Under the pieces are notes generated by a model. That model was given only the letters and a program-made list of their open reading frames with translations, did no database searches and was not told where the DNA came from. Source: Escherichia phage FH3. Taken from it: DNA of 64,000 bases. Numbering within the stretch: the stretch's first letter is position 1; each line of letters begins with the position of its first letter. Location of the stretch: sequence record OR886155.1; one strand, 5' to 3'. Below, piece after piece: positions 18,171 through 27,648 of the stretch. The position numbers and the translations under genes are program-made.

Positions 18171-19246
18171 TGCCACAAGATAATTATATTGACCCGAACG
18201 ATTTTAAATCTTTCCTCCAACTGGATGACCTGAAAGGTTCTTTCAAAGAAGAACTCGGTCGATTAGAATCTGAACAAGAACCAGAAGTGGACATTGACGA
18301 TGAGTTCCCGGAAAAAGACGGTGACGATTTCGACTTTGATACCGACCTTCTCGGTGAAAGCGATGAGCTTAAGTTCGAAGATGAAGATGGTTGGGAAGAT
18401 CGTGAAGAGGAAGGCGAAGTCGAAGAAGATGAAGATGAATCCTCTGAAGCAGAAGAACAAGAGGAAGAAGATTCAAGCGATGCAGAGTATGAAGATGATT
18501 CTGCTGACGGTGAAGGTGAAGTCTTTGATGTAGACTACGAAACCGTTATCACCCTTCCTGATGGACGTGAGATGACTATTGAAGAACTTTCTAATGGCTA
18601 TCTTACTGGTGCTGATATGACAGAACGAGAATCAACTCTTCAGCGTCATATGGAAGCATTCGAGGAACGTGTAGTAGGTTTGAAGGATGTATTAGAACTA
18701 GCGTCTTTAGAAGCAGACCGAGTAATTGAAGATTATAACGGTTTTGATTGGGACAAGCTTGCAGTAGAAGATCCTCAAGCATATGTTGAAAACAAACGTT
18801 TCCTAGAGAAGTACACAGCTCGCCGTCAACAGCTTGAACAGGCTCAGGTCCGTATTAAGCAGGAAGCAGCAGCTAAAGAGCAGGAAGCTTTCCAAGCCAA
18901 GAGTATTGAATGTGTTAATATTCTGAAACGTGAGATTCCAAATTGGGATGAAAACTTATATCAAAACTTAATGCAATACGCAATTGACTTAGGTGCTACT
19001 GAAGAAGAAGTATTGAAGGAAAACCGTCCGTCTATTTTCCTAGCTCTCCATAAAGCATACCAATTTGATAAAGGTAAGCAACAGGTGATGGCTAAGATTA
19101 AACGTCCCGGTGCTCCACGTAAGGTTGTGAAGTCTGATGCTGCAAAGTCTCGCACTTCCAATAAGCCCGACAACGCTAAGGTTGCCAAGGCATTCGCAGA
19201 GGGTCGCGTTAGTCACGAAGACGCATTCAAATTCCTCGTAGATTAA
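18170..19246 (+). CDS. scaffolding protein
   Basis: Immediately upstream of capsid gene; very acidic N-terminal half and helical C-terminal half. Confidence 0.6.
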   Translation: MPQDNYIDPNDFKSFLQLDDLKGSFKEELGRLESEQEPEVDIDDEFPEKDGDDFDFDTDLLGESDELKFEDEDGWEDREEEGEVEEDEDESSEAEEQEEEDSSDAEYEDDSADGEGEVFDVDYETVITLPDGREMTIEELSNGYLTGADMTERESTLQRHMEAFEERVVGLKDVLELASLEADRVIEDYNGFDWDKLAVEDPQAYVENKRFLEKYTARRQQLEQAQVRIKQEAAAKEQEAFQAKSIECVNILKREIPNWDENLYQNLMQYAIDLGATEEEVLKENRPSIFLALHKAYQFDKGKQQVMAKIKRPGAPRKVVKSDAAKSRTSNKPDNAKVAKAFAEGRVSHEDAFKFLVD

Positions 19247-19287
19247 TCGACAAATTAAATTATTAATAGTATAGGAGCTAACATAAC

Positions 19288-20346
19288 ATGGCTAATCCAA
19301 CTTTATTTGTATCGTATGACCAGAATGGTAAAAAACTTTCTTTTGCTAACTGGATTTCTGTTCTGTCCCCTCAGGATACCCCGTTCGTATCTATGACCGG
19401 TAAAGAGTCTATCAACCAGACTATCTTTAGCTGGCAGACCGATGCACTGGCAAGCGTTGACGGTAATAACGCACACGTCGAAGGCTCTCGTGCTGAAGAC
19501 GGCGAAATGAAACCGACCGTTATCAAATCTAACGTTACTCAGATTCTGCGTAAGGTTGTTCGTGTTTCTGATACTGCTAACACCACCGCTAACTACGGTC
19601 GTGGTCGTGAACTGATGTATCAGCTGGAGAAGAAAGGTAAAGAGATCAAGCGTGACCTCGAGAAAATCCTTCTGTCCGGTCAGGCTCGTACCGACGTTCT
19701 GGCTGACCAGTATCTGACTAACTCTGCAACTGATCCTGCTGTTGTTGGTCTGAATGACACCCATGCAGCTCGTAAGACTGGTGCATTCCAGTTCCTGTGT
19801 GCTCACGGTGGTTTGTCTGGTGGCGTTGTTGACAAGACTAAGAATGGTCCTGCTGACCCGGATACTGGTGCAGTAACTGTTAAAGTTGCACAGAATGCTT
19901 CTAACCCGACCACTAACATTGGTTTTGATGAAGCTGATATCTTTGATATGACTCTGCAACTGTATACCGCTGGTTCTGAAGCAGATATCATCATGATTAA
20001 CCCGGCTCATGCTAAGATCTTCGCTGGTCTGCAAGAAAATACTCAGGGTTCACGTAAGCGTATCTTTGAGAACACCAAGCAGTTCATCTACGAAGTTAAC
20101 AGCATCACTGACCCGCTGGGCCAAAGCTACAAAATCATCGTTAACCGTTGGATGCCTACCGATGCAGTTTACTTCTTCCGTAGCGCTGACTGGACTCAGA
20201 TGGTTCTGCGTGCTCCGAAACGTACTGAACTGGCTAAAGACGGTTCTTACGAGAAGTGGATGATTGAAATGGAAGTTGGTCTGCGTCACCGCAACCCGTA
20301 TGCTTCCGGCGTTCTGTTCACTGCTGCGGGAAAGGTGGCGGCGTAA
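19288..20346 (+). CDS. major capsid protein (short form)
   Basis: 352 aa, position after scaffold, followed by a strong terminator. Confidence 0.8.
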   Translation: MANPTLFVSYDQNGKKLSFANWISVLSPQDTPFVSMTGKESINQTIFSWQTDALASVDGNNAHVEGSRAEDGEMKPTVIKSNVTQILRKVVRVSDTANTTANYGRGRELMYQLEKKGKEIKRDLEKILLSGQARTDVLADQYLTNSATDPAVVGLNDTHAARKTGAFQFLCAHGGLSGGVVDKTKNGPADPDTGAVTVKVAQNASNPTTNIGFDEADIFDMTLQLYTAGSEADIIMINPAHAKIFAGLQENTQGSRKRIFENTKQFIYEVNSITDPLGQSYKIIVNRWMPTDAVYFFRSADWTQMVLRAPKRTELAKDGSYEKWMIEMEVGLRHRNPYASGVLFTAAGKVAA

Positions 20347-20870
20347 CAGTAGACAGTGTGACTGTTAGCCCTGCGTCTTTAGCAAGTCTAGAGACAGGGG
20401 CTACTCGGCAGTTCACTGCAAGCGCGGAGAAAAGTGATAGTTCTACCGAAACAACTGGCTTTACTTGGTCAGTGACAGGAGGTGGTTCTATCACTCAGTC
20501 GGGTTTGTATACTGCTCCGAGTGCGTCTCAATCCACTGATGTATCCATTACTGCAACTTTAGAAGGTGTTTCTGGTACGGCAACCATTTCCGAAATTGTT
20601 GCTCCTGCTCCTACTATTGTGAGTCGTGGGCCAATTACAGGTAAAGTAGGTGGTACTACCACTAACTTCAACACCATGTTTACTGTAACTAATTCTATTG
20701 CTGATGATTACACACTTGTTGTAACTCCCGCAGAAGCTGGTACAATAAGTGCTAATAATTCGTTAAAATTAGATGCTGCTGCAAGTGGCGAAGTTACTGT
20801 TCAAGCAAGTTTGACAGCCAACCCGTCTATCAATGCAACATGCACTTTTACTGGTGTAACACCTGCTTAA
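19288..20870 (+). CDS. major capsid protein long form with C-terminal Ig-like (BIG2-type) domain, predicted by -1 frameshift
   Basis: Downstream ORF has no ATG (GTG only) and encodes an Ig-like domain; predicted fusion about 527 aa. Confidence 0.5.
20328..20334 (+). promoter_or_regulatory. -1 programmed frameshift slippery heptamer G_GGA_AAG
   Basis: X_XXY_YYZ heptamer in capsid frame, 10 nt before the capsid stop; the -1 frame is open from 20268 and continues into ORF 20358-20870. Confidence 0.55.
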
Positions 20871-20875
20871 AATCA

Positions 20876-20908
20876 GACCCTGCCTTCGGGCGGGGTTTTT
20901 TCGTTTTA
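20876..20908 (+). terminator. rho-independent terminator after capsid gene
   Basis: CCTGCC-TTCG-GGCGGG followed by TTTTTT. Confidence 0.6.
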
Positions 20909-20971
20909 AGACCTATACAAGCCAGTGTGTAATGTATATTCTTTGTCTACATATAACAAGGAGGACAACCT

Positions 20972-21484
20972 ATGGCAATGCCAGATTTCAGAGAAGCTTT
21001 TACCTATGATCCAAATACAGGGCATCTTTTCTGGTCTATGAGTAACATCTTTAATAAGCAGAAAGGACAACGTGCCGGGTGTATTGGCGACAGAGGTTAT
21101 CGTAAAGTGACTTTTAAAAAGAAATCATATTTAGAGCATAGGGTCATAGCTGAACTCTTTCTTCCTAAGGTAGAAGGGAAGGACTGTGTCAACCATAAGA
21201 ATGGAATAAAAGACGATAACAGGATTGAGAATCTAGAGTGGTGTACTCAACAAGAAAATTGTACACATGCTTTTGAAACAGGCCTCTCAACACCTAGGAG
21301 TCTTGAGGATAACCCTAATTCCAAACTCACTAAAGAGCAAGTTCTCTTTTGTTTGGAGAACTACAAACCGAGAGATAGAGAGTTTGGAGCTAGAGCCTTA
21401 GCTAGAAAGTTTGGGGTCTCTAAAAGCACAATATCTCTCATTACTAAAGGCGTAAACTGGAAGGAGGTTTATTATGATGCCTGA
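20972..21484 (+). CDS. HNH homing endonuclease
   Basis: HRVIAELFLPK...VNHKNGIKDDNRIENLEW motif; inserted between capsid and tail genes. Confidence 0.75.
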   Translation: MAMPDFREAFTYDPNTGHLFWSMSNIFNKQKGQRAGCIGDRGYRKVTFKKKSYLEHRVIAELFLPKVEGKDCVNHKNGIKDDNRIENLEWCTQQENCTHAFETGLSTPRSLEDNPNSKLTKEQVLFCLENYKPRDREFGARALARKFGVSKSTISLITKGVNWKEVYYDA

Positions 21485-22223
21485 CGTCCAATATCCCATC
21501 AATACCTATGGGTGGCTAAAGAAAGCCGTGGCCCTCTGGGCAGATAGGGACGATGACGAATTTGTTAATCAAATTCCAAACTTTATTAATTTTGCAGAGA
21601 AAGAGATTTATCGCAACTTACGTATCCCTCCTCTGGAAAAGGAAGTGTATCTGAGTATCAAGAATGGTATAGCATTCATCCCACCGGACTACTTGCAAGC
21701 TCAATGGATAATGAGAGCTAAAGATGGAGCAATATTCCAAGTAACTTCCCCAGAAGAGATAAGCTATCGTAAACAGCATGGCACAATTAACCCCTCTCAC
21801 TGGAATAATCAACCTGTTAATTTTGCTCGTTTCGGAAGTCGTTTCTTGTTCTATCCACTGATTGATGCTGATACCCCTGTTTACCCTGAAGATGGAAGTC
21901 CTGCTATTCCAGCAGAGAACTCTGTAATTCTAAGCTATTATGCAGATCCTCCGGAGTTTCACGCAGACGAAGATACTAGTGCAATACTTACGATTGCTCC
22001 AGAACTTCTTCTATACTTTACCCTTAGGCATGCATGTCTTTTTGTTCAGGATGATAACGGTGTTCAAAAATGGTCTGCGTTAGGTAAGGCTATTCTTGAT
22101 GAGATGGTTGAGCAAGATAAGAAACAGGAGTACTCAGGTTCTCCTATTGCGATACCCAACAACATGACCAGACTTCAGAGTAGCCTGCCAGATATTTATG
22201 GAATACGTACCTCTAGAGTATAA
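21474..22223 (+). CDS. virion structural protein (possible head-tail adaptor)
   Basis: Position between capsid and tail fibre genes; no specific motif recognised. Confidence 0.35.
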   Translation: MMPDVQYPINTYGWLKKAVALWADRDDDEFVNQIPNFINFAEKEIYRNLRIPPLEKEVYLSIKNGIAFIPPDYLQAQWIMRAKDGAIFQVTSPEEISYRKQHGTINPSHWNNQPVNFARFGSRFLFYPLIDADTPVYPEDGSPAIPAENSVILSYYADPPEFHADEDTSAILTIAPELLLYFTLRHACLFVQDDNGVQKWSALGKAILDEMVEQDKKQEYSGSPIAIPNNMTRLQSSLPDIYGIRTSRV

Positions 22224-22232
22224 GGAGATTTT

Positions 22233-25200
22233 ATGATCAGTTACAACAACTCTGCACCTAATGCGGTTAACAACGTAGGCCAATTCGGTGCTACAGAAGG
22301 CTCTATCGGTGCTTACAAGTCAGCAGCTGAATACGCAGCTGATTCCAAGTATTGGGCGATGCTTTCTCAAAAGAACTACAACAGCATTGATGAAATTCTT
22401 AAGGAAGTAGAAAGACTCCATGCAGAAGGTAGTTTATTAAAAGAAGATATTGAACAACTCAAATTTGATTTTGAAAACCAAAACCAAATGCTTCTTGGTC
22501 TTATTCAACAAACAGGCGAAGCTATTGACAACACTAATATTGCTATTGGCGAAGCTGATGCAGCAACAGATCGAGCCAACCAAGCAGTGCAAGATGTTCT
22601 TACTCAATTAGATAAGATTTCTAATATGTCTGTTGTTGCCACAACCCTTCCTCCGGGAGCACCTGCAACGGGGAGTTTTGATAATAGTACAGGTGTTTTC
22701 TCCTTTGGTATCCCTGAAGGTCAACCCGGTAAAGATGGGAAGGATGGTACAGATGGTACAATCTCTGATATTGGGGATGTAGCTATAAGCACTCCTGTAG
22801 CTGATGATTATGGGTTCTTTGTGGACAAAGACAACGGCGGTTTGTATCGAACTCCAATGAGTGAGATTGCTAATCTTATTCCAGCAGTGGTTAGTTTCAA
22901 CGGTCGTACTGGTCCTGTTGTTCCAGCTGCTGGAGACTACACAGTAAGTCAAGTTACTGGCGCAGCTGCTTCTGGTATTAACAACGATATTAACCAGATT
23001 CGCGGGTTAACCACTGCCTTATCTGTAGCTCAAGGCGGTACGGGTGGTAAGACACCGTACGAAGCTAGAACCAACCTCCAGCTGGAAAGGTTCACCCAGA
23101 ATGATGCTAACACTACTTCAATGAAAGCTGGTGGTGATGGAAGGATTCGTCTTACAGTTAGCAAGTCCGCTGAAGGCTCTGGGTGGGGTTGCTTTAATGA
23201 CGACACTGGAGCATACATTCCTCTCGGAGTAGGTCAAGGTGGTACGGGGGCAACAACGGTGGCTGGTGTCAAAGAGAATCTCGGTATCAACCGCATAATA
23301 CAAGGTGGTAGTTATAGCGATTTCCTTACAGCCAACGGTTCCAACCGCTTGCGTATCCAAGATAACGGTGCATGGGGCAGCAGCACTGGAACAGGTTGGG
23401 TACCGTTAGGGGTCGGGCAGGGTGGTACTGGTGCAACAACAGCAGCTGGAGCTCGAGCTAACCTAAACTTGAATAGGTTTGGGGAAGTAGGTTCTGAGAC
23501 TCAAGTGTTTTCTCCTAACGGTAGTAAGAAAATCATTATTACTAATGACCGATGGGGAGCCTATGACATTGCTGCTTCCAAATACCTCCCTTTAGGTATT
23601 GATCAAGGTGGTACTGGGGCAAATACTGCTGATGCAGCGCGTATGTCTCTTGTTGCTGCTAAGAGTGGAGACAACTCTGATATAACCTCGATGACTAACA
23701 AGGTTACTTTCACGCAGTCTCCAGTGATTCCTGATGCAGTAGCTAACAACGAACCAGTAGCTCTTGGTCAACTGTCTACTGAAACTACATTACTTGAAAC
23801 GAAGATTAACGAAGCTAAAGATGCTGCTGCTGCTGCTAATACTAATGCGGATAGTCGTGTACCAACAGCTCAGCTTTCTAATACGTCTAACGTAGCTCAA
23901 GGTGATGCACTAATTGGGGTCAAGGCTCCTTTCGCTGGCGCTGCGGCTCGTACTCAGCATGACATAAATGCACAATTCAGTAGCATTCTTGACTTTCTTG
24001 GTGATAAATACAATGGCACTACGGATGCTGCAAGTTCCTTTATTTCTGCCAACACGCTTCTACCTAAAAGTCGTGAGATCATTGTTCCAAGCGGGACATA
24101 CCTCCTCAATAGTAATGTAGAATGTTATGGTCGCCGTTTCGTATTTGAAGAACCAGTGACATTTACTGGTGCTGGTAAATTCTATGGTGCTATTGTAAAT
24201 CGCATTATGTCGGATGGGACAACTAAAGTTTCCCAATGGGCTAAGCCAGGAACTACCGAGAGGATGACCACATCTGCTGTTTTCGGTGATAACGGAGTGA
24301 CGTCAACCGGAATTCAGATTGGTGGGGCTGTGCCATATAACGGTGCTGATGGTATTAGAATGTTTACCGATGGCAGTTCTGGGTGGTTAGGTGTTCGTGC
24401 ATCTAAATGGCCTCACCCTACAGAAATGGCGATATATCCAAGTTCTAAATCCGGGTCATGTCAGACAATCTCAGGCAGCAATGCTGTAAAAATCCTGTCT
24501 GGTGCTAGCATTACATCTGAAGCGATCGGTAAACCTATTGCTATCTATGATGCACTTTATACTGTAGCATCCGTAACAGCAGATGGTTTTACTGTTAAAA
24601 ATATCAATGGGTCACCTGTTACTTGGGGATCAAATGCAACCCACTCGTACAGCTTGTGTTACTACCACGGCAGTGGTGTATGCAGTGTATCCGGCACTAC
24701 TGTAACCCGCATTAGTGGTGATCCGTTTGTGATTCCCGACGCATCAGTACCTCAGACAATGACTATTAATGGTGTCGACTACCGTGTAGTGGCTTTTACA
24801 GACCCTCAGCATGTTACCCTTAGTTCTGCTCCGGGGGATTCAGCATCAACAGAATATAAATTCTGGGGTACAGTTAACAACCTCAACAGTGCACTTCGGG
24901 TTCATCGTATCAATGATGCTGGCTTTGAGGAAAATATTAGTCTCATTGCCAATAATAGTGGATATTACGCATTGCACGCTGCTGCTAGTAACCCAGCGAA
25001 TGAGCAGTATCCACTCTACATTGGATCTGGTTGGGAAGATAACGGGCAGATGCGAAGAAGCATTATCTCCGCAGCCAATGGAGATGTAACCCTCGGTGGT
25101 AACTACGGGAACGGGCCGTTATATGTACCCTATAGCCAAACCTCTAACCCACAAATCATGCTGGACAACAGGAATGGCAACGCCACCGTTACAGTCTCTG

Positions 25201-25943
25201 GTGGATCTACACCGGATGCGTCGTTAACTATTAAGTCTAAAGGTGCAGGTAAGGTTGTGTTCCACTCCGAGGTAGGTGTTAACGCCGCGATGTATCCATA
25301 TATAGATAACATCTATTCGTGTGGTAAGTCTGGGAATAGGTGGTCACAGATATGGGCATCGAACGCTACTATCCAGACTTCTGATGGGACGACAAAAACC
25401 GAAGTTCAAGGATCCAATCTATCTACAGACTTTATTCTGGGCCTAAACCCTGTTTCTTACAAAAACATTGTTGGTGGGAATGTTGTAGAAGAGATTGAAG
25501 ATGGTGTAGAGGAGATTGAACGTCAGGTGGTAGAAAAGGTTGTTTCAACTGAAGAAGTCCACGAACGTGTTGTTGATGGAGATGAAGTCTATTACGTCCG
25601 TAAGTTCGTTGACAAGGAAGTAGAGCGTCCAGTGTTCCATGAGGTTGATCTGCGTGATGAGCTAGGTAATGTCATTGGAACAATCAAAACACCGTTGATG
25701 GAGAAAGTAACCGTTCCTAAAACTCGCCAAGTTATTACGGAAGTACCGGGTAAACGTACGCACTATGGATTCATCGCACAGGAAGTTAAGGATCTCGTAG
25801 ACAAGTTGGGAATCTCCGACTTCGGTGGGTACGTTGAAGGTGAGGACGGTAAGCTTGGTCTTCGCTACGGTGAGTTCATCTCTCCGATAGTGTCTTGCTT
25901 GCAGGATATTATCAAGCGACTGGAACTGCTAGAGAAAAAATAA
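22233..25943 (+). CDS. tail fibre protein with collagen-like segment and C-terminal intramolecular chaperone (peptidase S74-like)
   Basis: GQPGKDGKDGTDGT Gly-X-Y run; four to five LG(V/I)(G/D)QGGTGA repeats; C-terminus ...GFIAQEVKDLVDKLG...LRYGEFISPIVSCLQDII. Confidence 0.8.
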   Translation: MISYNNSAPNAVNNVGQFGATEGSIGAYKSAAEYAADSKYWAMLSQKNYNSIDEILKEVERLHAEGSLLKEDIEQLKFDFENQNQMLLGLIQQTGEAIDNTNIAIGEADAATDRANQAVQDVLTQLDKISNMSVVATTLPPGAPATGSFDNSTGVFSFGIPEGQPGKDGKDGTDGTISDIGDVAISTPVADDYGFFVDKDNGGLYRTPMSEIANLIPAVVSFNGRTGPVVPAAGDYTVSQVTGAAASGINNDINQIRGLTTALSVAQGGTGGKTPYEARTNLQLERFTQNDANTTSMKAGGDGRIRLTVSKSAEGSGWGCFNDDTGAYIPLGVGQGGTGATTVAGVKENLGINRIIQGGSYSDFLTANGSNRLRIQDNGAWGSSTGTGWVPLGVGQGGTGATTAAGARANLNLNRFGEVGSETQVFSPNGSKKIIITNDRWGAYDIAASKYLPLGIDQGGTGANTADAARMSLVAAKSGDNSDITSMTNKVTFTQSPVIPDAVANNEPVALGQLSTETTLLETKINEAKDAAAAANTNADSRVPTAQLSNTSNVAQGDALIGVKAPFAGAAARTQHDINAQFSSILDFLGDKYNGTTDAASSFISANTLLPKSREIIVPSGTYLLNSNVECYGRRFVFEEPVTFTGAGKFYGAIVNRIMSDGTTKVSQWAKPGTTERMTTSAVFGDNGVTSTGIQIGGAVPYNGADGIRMFTDGSSGWLGVRASKWPHPTEMAIYPSSKSGSCQTISGSNAVKILSGASITSEAIGKPIAIYDALYTVASVTADGFTVKNINGSPVTWGSNATHSYSLCYYHGSGVCSVSGTTVTRISGDPFVIPDASVPQTMTINGVDYRVVAFTDPQHVTLSSAPGDSASTEYKFWGTVNNLNSALRVHRINDAGFEENISLIANNSGYYALHAAASNPANEQYPLYIGSGWEDNGQMRRSIISAANGDVTLGGNYGNGPLYVPYSQTSNPQIMLDNRNGNATVTVSGGSTPDASLTIKSKGAGKVVFHSEVGVNAAMYPYIDNIYSCGKSGNRWSQIWASNATIQTSDGTTKTEVQGSNLSTDFILGLNPVSYKNIVGGNVVEEIEDGVEEIERQVVEKVVSTEEVHERVVDGDEVYYVRKFVDKEVERPVFHEVDLRDELGNVIGTIKTPLMEKVTVPKTRQVITEVPGKRTHYGFIAQEVKDLVDKLGISDFGGYVEGEDGKLGLRYGEFISPIVSCLQDIIKRLELLEKK

Positions 25944-25994
25944 GTGGTCACTGTTTTTCTTGTGCAGTTGATGCATCTTATAGCTAAATCTAAT

Positions 25995-26016
25995 AACCCT
26001 CTTCGGAGGGTTTTAG
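25995..26016 (+). terminator. rho-independent terminator after tail fibre
   Basis: CCCTC-TTCG-GAGGG followed by TTTT. Confidence 0.5.
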
Positions 26017-26083
26017 TAGTATTTAGGTGAGACAGATAATGAATTCAATATGAATGAAAGGTTAATATATAGGAGACACTAAG

Positions 26084-26302
26084 ATGAAAATGATGAAACA
26101 AGCTGCATACGGTTTAGTTTGCTTAGGTGCTGGAGTTGTTGTATCAACAGCAGTTCCTGTTAATGCAGTCCACCCTTTAGTCACTACTCCTGCTCCAGTA
26201 GAGAAACTCAGTTCACAATGCAAGCAGCGAACCATTCAAAACAACTTGGTTGTTATTTGCCCTGATGCTGAATCTAACGCTCTGAGAAAGATACTACCTT
26301 AA
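26084..26302 (+). CDS. small protein with N-terminal signal/anchor (holin candidate or secreted protein)
   Basis: MKMMKQAAYGLVCLGAGVVVSTAVPVNA...; directly upstream of the lysozyme. Confidence 0.3.
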   Translation: MKMMKQAAYGLVCLGAGVVVSTAVPVNAVHPLVTTPAPVEKLSSQCKQRTIQNNLVVICPDAESNALRKILP

Positions 26303-26331
26303 TTTAAAGGGACCATGAAAGGAGGTTAGAA

Positions 26332-26823
26332 ATGGATAACGTCGCATTGCCACCTGTACAACTAAACTTAAGCCCAGCTGGAATGGAATTCATCATGAAG
26401 CATGAGGGTATGAGAACCAAAGCTTATAAAGATTCCGCAGGCATCTGGACGATTTGTGTAGGGGCTACGCGCGATATGAATGGTTATCCGGTTAGGCAAG
26501 GATTAACATATTCTATAGAGGATTGTCTAGCTCTGCTAGATAGAGACACACAAGACTCTGTTCGTGCTACTCAGAAGAACATAAAGGTTCCTTTGCTAGT
26601 TCATGAGTTCGATGCACTCACCTCTTTCAACTTCAATGTTGGTAGTGGGGCACTGAGCACATCTAAGCTAAGGAAAGTTATCAATGGAGAGGTTAAGGGT
26701 GATATATACTCAGAATTTCTACGTTGGGATAAAATTACGGTGAAGGGAGAGAAGCAGAGAAGTCAGGGTCTTCATAACAGAAGGGTTGCGGAAGCTGATC
26801 TTTATACCGAAGGTAAATATTAA
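26332..26823 (+). CDS. endolysin, GH24 lysozyme (muramidase)
   Basis: E...D...T catalytic spacing in MKHEGMRTKAYKDSAGIWTICVG; no signal-anchor. Confidence 0.85.
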   Translation: MDNVALPPVQLNLSPAGMEFIMKHEGMRTKAYKDSAGIWTICVGATRDMNGYPVRQGLTYSIEDCLALLDRDTQDSVRATQKNIKVPLLVHEFDALTSFNFNVGSGALSTSKLRKVINGEVKGDIYSEFLRWDKITVKGEKQRSQGLHNRRVAEADLYTEGKY

Positions 26824-26835
26824 TGGAGGTGCCTT

Positions 26836-27639
26836 TTGGCTATTGAAACTAATGCGGTCGTGATTACCGACCTGAACCCGCTCTATCCCAGAGATAGGGA
26901 TTATATCTACGAAGGGGCGGCCCAAATCCGCCTCATTAAACAAACACTAAAGAACACATTCCCTAATGTAACTGAGCCTGTTGAGATTGATTCTGATACC
27001 TTTAAGGTTATGTCAGAGAAACTTAAATTCACTGGTGATGCTATGGATGTTGGCGGTCTTATGATTAAGAACGCTGCTCCGGGAACTGGTGATAAGGATG
27101 TTGTCACTAAAGGCCAGATGGAAGCTTTTATGAACAACTGGATGCAGAATAAAATATTCCGTATTGGGTCTTACTATATCACTGAAGAGGACATCAACCC
27201 CGGAGACTCTATCTCTCTTGGGTTTGGCTCTTGGGCTAAAGTTACTGGTGTTATCATGGGTACTGGTGTGGTCAACCCTGATGGTACAGTTCCTAATGCC
27301 TCTAGGGTTGAGTTTACATCTGGAGCTACTGGTGGTAGGATTTTCAATACAGTCCAGACAGAGAACTTACCGTTGATAACTATTGATGGCTCTAGCTTCT
27401 CTGTTTCCAGTAACACCCATTCACACAATATCAACTTTGGTCGTGGGGATGCTAGTGGTCACAATAGTTCTCCTAACTGGTATAGTCCAGGTTCTGGGTT
27501 TACTCATAGAACAGAATCTGATACTCATACTCACACAATATCTGGTTCTGTTAGTTTTGGACGTGATGACATATCTCGTCAACCTATTAACACTTTGCCA
27601 CCATTCAGAGCGGCTCACATTTGGAGACGTATTAGCTAA
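26836..27639 (+). CDS. tail fibre-like protein with HxH repeats
   Basis: SNTHSHNINFG...SGHNSS...THTHTISGSVSFG resembles metal-binding HxH repeats of fibre tips. Confidence 0.45.
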   Translation: MAIETNAVVITDLNPLYPRDRDYIYEGAAQIRLIKQTLKNTFPNVTEPVEIDSDTFKVMSEKLKFTGDAMDVGGLMIKNAAPGTGDKDVVTKGQMEAFMNNWMQNKIFRIGSYYITEEDINPGDSISLGFGSWAKVTGVIMGTGVVNPDGTVPNASRVEFTSGATGGRIFNTVQTENLPLITIDGSSFSVSSNTHSHNINFGRGDASGHNSSPNWYSPGSGFTHRTESDTHTHTISGSVSFGRDDISRQPINTLPPFRAAHIWRRIS

Positions 27640-27648
27640 GGAGGAATT

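Noticed and set aside
19303-20034. Minus-strand 243-aa ORF inside the major capsid gene
   Set aside because: Antisense to a well-supported capsid gene; low-complexity product; treated as a shadow ORF, as are other antisense ORFs such as 7361-7723, 14819-15187, 16279-16578 and 24811-25089.
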